A stretch of 64,000 nucleotides of DNA, taken from assembly GCA_964016885.1 (NCBI GenBank), contig OZ024740.1, positions 35,278,001-35,342,000 on the forward strand, read 5' to 3'. Positions 1-11,381 of this stretch are shown here, one piece after another. Position 1 is the stretch's first letter; the number at the start of each line of letters is the position of its first letter. This DNA is from Eledone cirrhosa. Its lineage: Eukaryota. The notes under the pieces were generated by a model, which had not been told where the DNA came from, did not search any database, and worked only from the letters and a program-made list of their open reading frames with translations. A program made the position numbers and the translations under genes.

Positions 1-3000
1 AGGCAAGCAGTGAGAGTTAAGGTCTTGGTTAATATTGTTGATAGGTGAGGATGAGATAGAGGCAAGCAGTGACAGTTAAGGTCTTGGTTAATATTGTTGA
101 TAGGCGAGGACGAGTTAGAGGCAAGCAGTGACAGTTAAGGTCTTGGTTAATATTATTGATAGGTGAGGACGAGATAGAGGCAAGCAGTGACAGTTAAGGT
201 CTTGGTTAATATTGTTGATAGGTGAGGACGAGATAGAGGCAAGCAGTGACAGTTAAGGTCTTGGTTAATATTATTGATAGGTGAGGACGAGATAGTGGCA
301 AGAAATGACAGTTAAGGTCTTGGTTAATATTGTTGATAGGTGAGGACGAGCTAAAGGCCAGCAGTGACAGTTAAGGTCTTGCTTAATATTATTGACAGGT
401 GAGGACGAGATAGAGGCAAGCAGTGACATTTAAGGTCTTGGTTAATATTGTTGATATGTGAGGACGAGAAAGAGGCAAGCAGTGACAGTTAAGGTATTGG
501 TTAATATTTTTGATAGGTGAGGACGAGATGGAGTCAAGCAGTGACAGTTAAGGTCTTGGTATTATTATTGATAGGTGAGGACGAGATAGAAGCAAGCAGT
601 GACAGTTAAGGTCTTGGTTAATATTATTGATAGGTTAGGACGAGATAGAGGTAAGCAGTGACAGTCAAGGTCTTGGTTAATATTATTGATAGGTGAGGAC
701 GAGATAGAGGCAAGCAGTGACAGTTAAGGTCTTGGTTAATATTGTTGATAGATCAGGACGGGATAGAGGTAAGCAGTTACAGTTAAGGTCTTGGTTAATA
801 TTATTGATAGGTGAGGACGAGATAGAGGCAAGCAGTGACAGTTAAGGTCTTGGTTAATATTGTTGATAGGTGAGGACGATATTGAGGTAAGCAATGACAG
901 TTAAGGTCTTGGTTAATATTGTTGATAGGTGAGAACGAGATAGAGGTAAGCAGTGACAGTTAAGGTCTTGATTAATATTGTTGATAGGTGAGGACGAGAT
1001 AGAGGCAAGCAGTGACAGTTAAGGTCTTGGTTAATATTGTTGATAGGTGAGGACGAGATAGAGGGAAGTAGTGACAGTTAAGGTCTTGGTTAATATTGTT
1101 GATAGGTGTGGACGAGATAGAGGCAATCAGTGACAGTTAAGGTCTTGGTTAATATTATGGATAGGTGAGGACGAGATAGAGGCAAGCAGTGACAGTTAAG
1201 GTCTTGGTTAATATTATTGATAATTGAGGACGTGATAGAGGCAAGCAGTGACAGTTAAGGTCTTGGTTAATATTATTGATAGGTGAGGACGAGATAGAGG
1301 CAAGCAGTGACAGTTAAGGTCTTGGTTAATATTATTGATAATTGAGGACGAGATAGAGGCAAGCAGTGACATTTAAGGTCTTGGTTAATATTATTGATAA
1401 TTGAGGACGAGATAGAGGCAAGCAGTGACAGTTAAGGTCTTGGTTAATATTGTTCATAATTGAGGACGAGATAGAGGCAAGCAGTGACAGTTAAGGTCTT
1501 GGTTAACATTATTGATAGGTGAGGACTAGATAGAGGTAAGCAGTGACAGTTAAGGTCTTGGTTAATATTATTGATAGGTGAGGACGAGATAGAGGGAAGC
1601 AGTGACAGTTAAGGTCTTGGTTAATATTATTGATAGGTGGGGACGAGATAGAGGTAAGCAGTGACAGTTAAGGTCTTGGTTAATATTATTGATAGGTGAG
1701 GACGAGATAGAGGAAAGCAGTGACAGTTAAGGTCTTGGTTAATATTATTGATAGGTGAGGACGAGATAGAGGTAAGCAGTGACAGTTAAGGTCTTGGTTA
1801 ATATTATTGATAGGTGAGGACGAGATAGAGGGAAGCAGTGACAGTTAAGGTCTTGGTTAACATTATTGATAGGTGAGGACGAGATAGAGGTAAGCAGTGA
1901 CAGTTAAGGTCTTGGTTAATATTATTGATAGGTGAGGACGAGATAGAGGAAAGCAGTGACAGTTAATGTCTTGGTTAATATTATTGATAGGTGGGGACGA
2001 GATAGAGGCAAGCAGTCACAGTTAAGGTCTTAGTTAATATTGTTGATAGGTGGGGACGAGATAGAGGCAAGCAGTGACAGTTAAGGTCTTAGTTAATATT
2101 GTTGATAGGTGGGGACGAGATAGAGGCAAGCAGTGACAGTTAAGGTCTTGGTTAATATTGTTGATAGGTGAGGACGAGATAGAGGCAAGCAGTGACAGTT
2201 AAGGTCTTGGTTAATATTGTTGATAGGTGAGGACGAGATAGAGGCAGCAGTGACAGTTAAGGTCTTGGTTAATATTGTTGATAGGTGAGGACGAGATAGA
2301 GGCAAGCAGTGACAGTTAAGGTCTTAGTTAATATTGTTGATAGGTGGGGATGAGATAGAGGCAAGCAGTGACAGTTGAGGTCTTGGTTAATATTGTTGAT
2401 AAGTGAGGACGAGATAGAGGTAAACAGTGACAGTTAAGGTCTTGGTTAATATTGTTGATAGGTGAGGACGAGTTAGAGGCAAGCAGTGACAGTTAAGGTC
2501 TTGGTTAATATTATTGATAGGTGAGGACGAGATAGAGGCAAGCAGTGACAGTTAAGGTCTTGGTTAATATTATTGATAGGTGAGGACGAGATAGAGCAAA
2601 GCAGTGACAGTTAAGGTCTTAGTTAATATTGTTGATAGGTGAGGACGAGATAGAGGCAAGCAGTGAGAGTTAAGGTCTTGGTTAATATTGTTGATAGGTG
2701 AGGATGAGATAGAGGCAAGCAGTGACAGTTAAGGTCTTGGTTAATATTGTTGATAGGCGAGGACGAGTTAGAGGCAAGCAGTGACAGTTAAGGTCTTGGT
2801 TAATATTATTGATAGGTGAGGACGAGATAGAGGCAAGCAGTGACAGTTAAGGTCTTGGTTAATATTGTTGATAGGTGAGGACGAGATAGAGGCAAGCAGT
2901 GACAGTTAAGGTCTTGGTTAATATTATTGATAGGTGAGGACGAGATAGAGGCAAGCAGTGACAGTTAAGGTCTTGGTTAATATTGTTGATAGGTGAGGAC

Positions 3001-4331
3001 GAGATAGAGGTAAGCAGTGACAGTTAAGGTCTTGGTTAAAATTGTTGATAGGTGAGGACGAGTTAGAGGCAAGCAGTGACAGTTAAGGTCTTGGTTAATA
3101 TTATTGATAGGTGAGGACTAGATAGAGGTAAGCAGTGACAGATAAGGTCTTGGTTAATGTTGTTGATAGGTGAGGACGAGCTAGAGGCAAGCAGGGACAG
3201 TTAAGGTCTTGGTTAATATTATTGATAGGTGGGGACGTGATAGAGTCAAGTAGTGACAGTTAAGGTCTTGGTTAATATTGTTGATAGGTGAGGACGAGAT
3301 AGAGGCAAGCAGTGACAGTTAAGGTCTTGGTTAATATTGTTGATAGGTGAGGACGAGATAGAGGCAAGCAGTGACTGTTAAGGTCTTGGTTAATATTATT
3401 GATAGGTGAGGACGAGATAGAGGCAAGCAGTGACAGTTAAGGTCTTGGTTAATATTATTGATAGGTGAGGACGAGATAGAGGCAAGCAGTGACAGTTAAG
3501 GTCTTGTTTAATATTATTGATAATTGAGGACGTGATAGAGGCAAGCAGTGACAGTTAAGGTCTTGGTTAATATTATTGATAGGTGAGGACGAGATAGAGG
3601 CAAGCAGTGACAGTTAAGGTCTTGGTTAATATTATTGATAATTGAGGACGAGATAGAGGCAAGCAGTGACATTTAAGGTCTTGGTTAATATTATTGATAA
3701 TTGAGGACGAGATAGAGGTAAACAGTGACAGTTAAGGTCTTGGTTAATATTGTTGATAGGTGAGGACGAGATAGAGGCAAGCAGTGACAGTTAACGTCTT
3801 GGTTAATATTGTTGATAGGTGAGGACGAGATAGAGGCAAGCAGTGACAGTTAAGGTCTTGGTTAATATTGTTGATAGGTGAGGACGAGATAGAGGCAAGC
3901 AGTGACAGTTAACGTCTTGGTTAATATTGTTGATAGGTGAGGACGAGATAGAGGCAAGCAGTGACAGTTAAGGTCTTGGTTAATATTGTTGATAGGTGAG
4001 GACGAGATAGAGGCAAGCAGTGACAGTTAACGTCTTGGTTAATATTGTTGATAGGTGAGGACGAGATAGAGGCAAGCAGTGACAGTTAAGGTCTTGGTTA
4101 ATATTATTGATAGGCGAGGACGAGATAGAGGTAAACAGTGACAGTTAAGGTCTTGGTTAATATTGTTGATAGGTGAGGACGAGATAGAGGCAAGCAGTGA
4201 CAGTTAAGGTCTTGGTTAATATTATTGATAGGCGAGGACGAGATAGAGACAAGCAGTGACAGTTAACGTCTTGGTTAATATTATTGATAGGCGAGGACGA
4301 GATAGAAGCAAATCAGTGACAGTTAAGGTCT
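1..4331. repeat. 59-bp tandem satellite, ~73 units (AGGCAAGCAGTGACAGTTAAGGTCTTGGTTAATATT[G/A]TTGATAGGTGAGGACGAGATAG)
   Basis: Unit counted directly; the array runs off the left edge and stops abruptly at ...AAGGTC|TTATTATTA, the tail of an R4/Dong element. Confidence 0.97.
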
Positions 4332-4342
4332 TATTATTATTA

Positions 4343-7300
4343 CAGCTGCATTTATCTTGCTTTATGTTCATTCGAGTTATCACCAAGTCACAACCAGTGA
4401 CCTCAAGAGACAACAAGGTCCGCAATGTTTCAAGAAAGAACATACATACTGACACATGCATCTTTAGGTGTTTAGACTTGTGATGTACTTATATTGACAG
4501 AATCTTCCTTAGTATATGGGCAGTTCCCATTAGTACTATCTTTTGTATTTCTCCTATACGCGGGTTTCCTGGGATTTGCGATAAGTAATCATTAGACCCC
4601 TTAGGTATCATTCCTAGAGCGCCTACAACCACTGGTATTTTTTTAGTTCTCAATTTCCACATTTTTCCAATTTCTATCTCCAGGTCCTTATACTTGCTCA
4701 ATTTTTCAAACGTTTTTATAGATAGATTCTTGTCTATTGGAACAGACATATCAGTTAGCAGGCATACCCTCTTTTTAAAGTCCTTCAATATTATATCAGG
4801 TCTATTTGCATCTATGTGTCGGTCTGTTTGGATGCTAAAGTTCCACAAAATTGAGATGTGATCTTCTTCAAGTATGGGAGGTGGTTGATGCTCCCACCAA
4901 TTCTTTTGATGGGGCAGGTCAAAATGATTACACATTATCCAATGTATGTATTGTGCAGCTCTGTCATGCCTGTTTAGGTATTCGGTTGGAGCTATAGAAC
5001 TGCACATTGAAATTATATGGTCAATGATCTCTGGTTGTTTTTTGCATACACGGCATAATGGGCTGCATCCATTTTTTATTATGTTGGCTTGGTAATTTTT
5101 TGTTGGCAGACACTGATCTTGTGCTGATATAATCAGTCCTTCAGTCTCCGATTTCAGTCCAGAGGATGCCAACCACTGATGGGTTAAAGTTTTGTCAACA
5201 TCAGGATTGTTTGCTAGCTCTGGGTATTTTCCATACAGAGGCTTTTTTTGCCATTTCTTAGCCAGTTTCTGTAGCAGTTCTTTCTTTGCAGTTACTCTTA
5301 CCTGCTTTGCTTTTTCTGTGTTTTCCATTTCAGCAGTAAATGGGACTTCTGAAATTTGTAGTCCATTACTGTATCTTTGTGCATCTTTTGTGATGGAATA
5401 TGATCTTTTGATGCTTTCGTGTTTCAAAACGAGTTTGATCATCCAATCATGTGATTCCCTTAGATATGTAGATAATCCAATTGTTGCAGTTTTCAACGCA
5501 ATGTCTAACTGGATTAACCCACGTCCTCCTTCTTTCCTAGGGAGATATATTCTATCTATATCTGCCTTAGGGTGATGCATTCCGTCTCCTTCACAAACAC
5601 CTAGATATTTGTAAGTTTTTTCTTGATCAAGTTCTCTTATCACGTTCCCCCGATCAAGATTAATGCCTGAACTCTTCAGCAGCTTTCCTCTGGTGAACGT
5701 TGCTTTGGCGCATTTATCTAGTCCAAACTCCATTTTAATGTCATCACTGAACTGCTCCACAGTGGATAATAGCCCTTGCAATTGTTCATCATTTTTTGCA
5801 AATAGTTTCAGGTCATCCATGTAGAACAAGTGATTAATGGTTTTGTCATAGACTTTATATCCATGTTTTGTTTCATTGAGCATTTTACTTAATGGTATAA
5901 GTGCGATGCAGAATAAAAGCGGTGATAAAGAGTCGCCCTCAAAAATTCCACAATTAATATTAACTTCTGCAGCTTCCAGTGATTTTGTTTCACTATTCAA
6001 AAGGAGTGTCTTTTTCCACGTCTTCATACTGAATGACAAAAACCTCCTGACAACGGGGGATATTTTGAAAATCTCTAAACATTTTTCAATCCAACTGTGT
6101 GGCAAACTATCGAATGCTTTTTTATAATCTATCCAAGCAATCGATAGATTTTTGTGTCTATTATGACAATCTTCCTGTATCATTTTGTTAACCAGAAGCT
6201 GATACTTACAGCCATATGAGCCTCGTTTACACCCTTTCTGCTCAATGGGAAATAGGTCATTTGTTATCAGGTGGTCATATGTGTATTCAGTTAGGACTGA
6301 TGTTAAAATTTTATACATTGTGGTCAAGCAAGTTATCGGTCTGTAATTTTTGGGATTGTTTGTCTCATCATTCTTCGGAAGCAGGAATGTAATGCCGTTA
6401 ACTAGCCATGATGGTATCTTTTCTGGCTCCTTAACTATTTCATTGTAAAGTTGGGCTAACAGCTCATGAGACTCTGTGAAGGCATTTATCCAAAAGTTTT
6501 GTATTTTATCTTTTCCTGGGGATTTCCATTTGCTGATTTTTCTTAGAGCCAAGCGCAACTGTTCAACTGTTATATTTTCCCATATTTGTTCCTCAAGGTG
6601 AGCTGTATCTTTCATTTGTCTGTCTATCCATGGGGCATGTATGTTATGAACTTTTTCTTCGGCCCAGATCTTTTCCCAGAATTCTTGCACTTCCTTCTTG
6701 GGTGGTATTGATTTAGCAGTTATTGTTGACTTACCAATTTTTCTGTAGAAGTTTCTTTGGTTGTTTTTGAACATATTATTGTCCTTATAGAATCTAGATC
6801 GTTTTTCAAAGCGCCTTATACGAGCAGCTTTGGCCGATACCTTTTGCTTGATTATTTCTATCAGCATGTCTATGTCACATGTTGATTATATACTGTACTT
6901 TTTTTTCAATTTTCTAAGTTTAGTTTGTTTAACATGTTCACCTACTTTATAGTTTGTTAATATTTCTATGTCAGATCGGAGAAGGTTTATTTGGCGATTG
7001 ATGTTCTCTTGCCAAGTAGATTTCTTGTGGGAATTCCTTTGTTTTTTCATCTTCACTCCACATAAGTGAGTGGTGACTTTAGCCGATGCATAATAGAGAT
7101 GATTTAAATCAGTAATGTTTAGTTTGTTTGTGATGATAATGTTTTTGAGAATTATGTTAGTCTTGTGTATTATATTTTGGTTCTGTTTGGAGTTCTGGAT
7201 CTTAGGGAGGGTGTCTCGTTGCCCCATGTCAGATTCTTTCATTTTCATCCATTCGATCATAATTTCATCCTTCAAGTTGGCAAGTTCATTCTCATTCATT

Positions 7301-8161
7301 TCTTTATCATTTACGATCTCATTATTTTCATTTGGAGTTTCATCCTGAGCATGCACTCCCTCCACTTTTTCGGTCCTTTCTTTAATTTTTTCTGTTGCCA
7401 GTGATTCCGCCCCAACCCTGGGATCCGAAGTGTTACAGTTTACCTCGTTTTCACTGACACATGTTTCATTTTCCCTTCGCTGACTTTGTGCTAATAGCTT
7501 GATCTGATCAATTTCTATATCAGTTAGTAACTTTTTTCTTACAATATTTCTTCGTATATTGGCTAGTTTGTTACTGTCAATATAGCCCCTGTTTTCGGGA
7601 TGTTTCTTTTTCCAGTTGATATATGTCTGTTCTGTATTCGATGTATTTGATGGGTAGTACATGGCAGTGTAGAAAGCCTCAAGGACTTCTTTATTATCTT
7701 CACTTGACCATTTTTCTCTCTTTTTCTTTGGATTTCTTGGTGGTGAGCATGGAGGGCCAACAGTAGGAGTATTCCGGTTATGGGAGGTCTCCAGCTCCGA
7801 AGTGATGGGAAGGTTTGAACCATTAGCTGATTTTTCGACCCCAGTCTGGTTCCTCTCTGAGGGACGCGGCCCTTTTTTACCCGGGTGACGGCCGATCCGG
7901 TATGAGATTTTATCATTAGACATTTACTTTATTTTGTCGCGTTTTATCCTTATCCGCCAAGGGGTAATCATTTCGTGTTACCACTTCTAGAAGGAGTGTC
8001 AACCAAGACTAGAGGGGTCGTTCTCCCCTAGAGACACGGCTATTCCCCGCCGGCCGCCATTCCGGTATTTCTTGGTCACGGGGTTTTCTTTTTGTTGTTT
8101 TTTTAAATCGTTATTATCATGAGTGGTTCCTTAATGTGAGCATTGCGTGGCTTAAGAATGA
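4343..8161 (-). mobile_element. R4/Dong-clade RLE non-LTR retrotransposon, copy 1 (near full length, defective)
   Basis: RT motifs (NYRPITCL, WIDYKKAFDS, HLFYMDDLKL), CCHC finger (CRVC..HIISMC) and RLE (RPDII..D..K.SKY..PVVVGALG). (TAA)n tail at 4331-4342. Both ends match copy 2 at 17293-20130. Confidence 0.9.
4489..7923 (-). pseudogene. Single R4/Dong ORF (N-terminal domain + RT + CCHC + RLE) split by an in-frame TAA at 6886-6888, with a 216-bp in-frame deletion
   Basis: ORFs 6886-7923 and 4489-6867 are in the same frame; 72 aa present in copy 2 (IKHSTMR...LTMHR) are missing here. Confidence 0.88.
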
Positions 8162-8169
8162 AATTATTA

Positions 8170-9069
8170 ATAATTGTCTCCCCTCCAGGCACAAGGCCAG
8201 CAATCACCCAGTGCATTACAATATTATAATATAGTTTTTGCTGAAGTTGCCTGTTATTGTTGTTGGCTATGTCGGTGGTGGTGCCGGGGCTTTTTATATT
8301 GTTGGTGAGGAAGGGGTGAGCCAGCAGTCCCATAGTTGTTGATGTTGACGTTTGGCCGGTGGCCAGGTCACTAAGTCAATCTATTTATATCTTTTGCTAG
8401 CCTCTCCCTTGTCTAGTGATACCGCCACCTTCCCCTTTCTCTCTCAAGTTAACAGGGGAATAGTGGTGGTAGCAATGAAGGAGTAGTGGCGGTGGTGATG
8501 GGATAGTGGTAGCAATGATGGATGGGGTGGTAGCGGCGGTGGCGTTGTCGTTACTGAGTTTTGTGATATGTAGTATCTATGAGTTTGTGTTCGTATGTTT
8601 AATATATATTGTGTTGACATATTCCCGTAAAATTGGAATTAAACATTTTGTTAAAACTTGAGACAATAATAATAGTAACTATTATTATGATGCTGGGATT
8701 GATGGTGGTGGTGATGAAATTGCCGTTATCTGGCTGTTATATTTAGTGTGATGGGATAGGTGTTGTATCAAGTTTCTGGTGTTGGTGAAATTGCTGTTAT
8801 TTGGCTGTTCTATATAGTGTAGACAGAGGGTGTTTTCTTCCATTTATAACCATTTTCTTTTTTTGAATACAAAATATATAATACAAAATTGAATATTTGA
8901 GCGATATAACAATATAATATGGATCCGAAATTTTATGGGACTTGATTCGGTGGTTTATGCAACATTTGTACTAAGAATTGTAATTTCACAATTGATTTAA
9001 ATATGTTAAAAATCAAAAACTAACGGGAGCGATTTCATGACCTTCTACCACCTCGTGCGTCTTCTTCCC

Positions 9070-9070
<1 letters not shown>
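8170..9070 (-). repeat. Unclassified repeat, possibly the 5' end of another retroelement; partly repeated at ~17091-17245
   Basis: 8466-8646 resembles 17091-17245 (GTGGTAGCAATGAAGGAG...GTGTTGACATA...TTGGAATTAAACATT); abuts (TTA)n at 9070. Confidence 0.45.

Positions 9071-9142
<72 letters not shown>
9070..9142. repeat. (TTA)n microsatellite at the 5' junction of Tx1-like copy 1
   Basis: Seen directly. Confidence 0.97.
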
Positions 9143-9352
9143 GGCGACCTACGTAGTAAATCGTATCATCGTGAGCTCCGCAAAGGTTTGTTATTTCCGT
9201 TTGTTAAAAATTGCCATTTATGGAAAAATTTTATTGTTAACTATATATAAGTGCACATACATTGTTTTCCGAAAAGGACACCCAAAAAGATTGGGGCCTT
9301 GTGCCCAAAATTTAAACTTTTATGATTATCCAAAAATTTCTTTGAAAAAAAA

Positions 9353-11347
9353 ATGGCTAATTCACCACTGCACCAAGCAGCTGAAAGCCTTTCTCACAAA
9401 TTAACACCTCACACCGACACCACCATTGTAAATGATATTACGTCTGCCAACACACACAATTTAAGCACTAGCAATATTTTAAATTTGTCTCAGGCAGACA
9501 TTCATTTCCCGCCATTACCAATGACTGCAGGTGTTAAAGCCGCCACCAGGACCACCACCGCGACAACCACCACCACCACCACCACCACCACCACCACCGC
9601 GACAACAGAAACAAAAGGAAAAAATAAATCAACTCGTGATGTCGAAATATTTTCCAAAATGGACTCTCCCAAACAGAATTTCACTGACGTCACCACCACC
9701 ACAACTAAAACTAAAATTAATAATAACAAAAATAACGATAGCAACAACAACAACAATGACATAAAAAAAACCACCCTCAGTTTTGCCAGAGTAGCAAAAC
9801 AGTTCGAAGCATATACGGTAACTCAGGAGGATTTAGAAAATGCCAAACAAATGGTAAAGAAAGATGGGTACAGGGTCAGCCTCACCCCGCCACCTAATAA
9901 AATGGAGCATCGGCGCCTATGCACTGTGTCGTATCGAACAATAAATGTAAAATCGTGCCGAGTGGAACGAGCATCCGAGTCCCAAATCCAAAAAGCTTTG
10001 GGACATGTGTGGGCAAGAAAAACCCACATCAGACGTGGGCAGAAGTATGGAACCGTGGACGTGTTCTTTGAAACACCAGAGGAGGCTAGAGAACACTCCA
10101 TGGCCCCATTAAGAAGTGACGATTTCACACTGGTCCCAAGCTATTGTGGCCAGAGACTCGTAAAGATCAGGGTGACCCACGTTCCACCGGCCATCGAAAT
10201 TCCCTGGCTAATAGCGGCCGTCCTCGCCGGCATCGAAGCCAACACAAAAATAATAGCAATAGCAAAAGAAAAGCAGGAGAACTGGTCCGTATCTGGGATG
10301 GAGCTCCTGATCCAAGCGGACCCAAAAAACATTGAGGAGATCCCAGAGGTAATAGACCTCACTGACGGCAACCACCTCACCGTAATTGTCGAGGGCAGAA
10401 GACCTAGGTGTGTCGTTTGTGGTGAAGGAACCCACCTAAGGGCTTTCTGCCCTCAGGCTAAAAGGTTGAGGCCACCTCTCCTACCCACCCCAGTGACACA
10501 ACCATCAACACCACCAGTAGCAGAGATGGCAGCAACAACTGTAGCAGCAACAACAGAAGCAACTATAACAGCAACAACCCCAGCAACAGTAGCAAAACCA
10601 ACACCACCACCACAAGCAAAACCAACACCACCACCACCCAACGCTTCAGAACTAGCACCAGCGCCTACACCATCCACCACGCCACAACCAAAACTAACGC
10701 CTGTGGAGGATTTTCCACTCCCCGGCCTATCACAACTGGAGACAGATTGTGACGACGAGGAGTGGGAAACGGTATCAGGAAAAAAAAAAAGAAACCAAAA
10801 AAGAAAAAATTCTCAACCTTCCCCCTCCAAAAACAAAATACAGAGGGAAACAAATAAATTAACAAACAAAAAAGTTAGGACAGATATGCCACCATCCACA
10901 CCAGCATCACCAACCCCATCAACCCAAACACCAACACCATCACCATCATTAACCCCAACACCACCATCACCTACACCACAAAAGTCACCAAAATGCGAAA
11001 CAGGAACAAACCCATAACAAACGCAAACAAAACAAAACAACCAAAACGATACACATTACACAGCATTAAATTTGAACAACAAGCAATTATTACACTACAT
11101 CCAACACAACACCAGCATCACAGAAAAAGACTACACAACAACCCCAAAATTCACACCACCTCCACACATACAAATCACTCGCATCACACAGAAAACGTAC
11201 ATGACACTAAAACAAAAATTCCCCAAAGACATCGGAGACTTCCGACAAGCACTCTCCAGGAGGATTTATAAGGACATCCTTCCTGAGGAGGCCACAAGCA
11301 ATGAAAAGAATGGAAAAACCGTCGTTCCTCTACGAGAAGTAAGGTAA
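9353..11347 (+). pseudogene. ORF1 (gag-like, CX2CX4HX4C knuckle, T/P-rich), ~664 codons, premature TAA at 11015-11017
   Basis: Knuckle CVVCGEGTHLRAFC; ORF 11072-11347 is in the same frame; the other copies have CAA at this stop position. Confidence 0.85.
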
Positions 11348-11381
11348 GTGGTCTTTCCCATCTTTTCCACTCCTTTTCTAC

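Noticed and set aside
1-4331. CRISPR-like regular array (also 60633-64000)
   Set aside because: Contiguous monomers with no unique spacers and no cas genes, in a eukaryotic context; these are satellites
11072-11347. Separate third ORF between ORF1 and ORF2
   Set aside because: In frame with ORF1; the separating stop is at a different position in each copy
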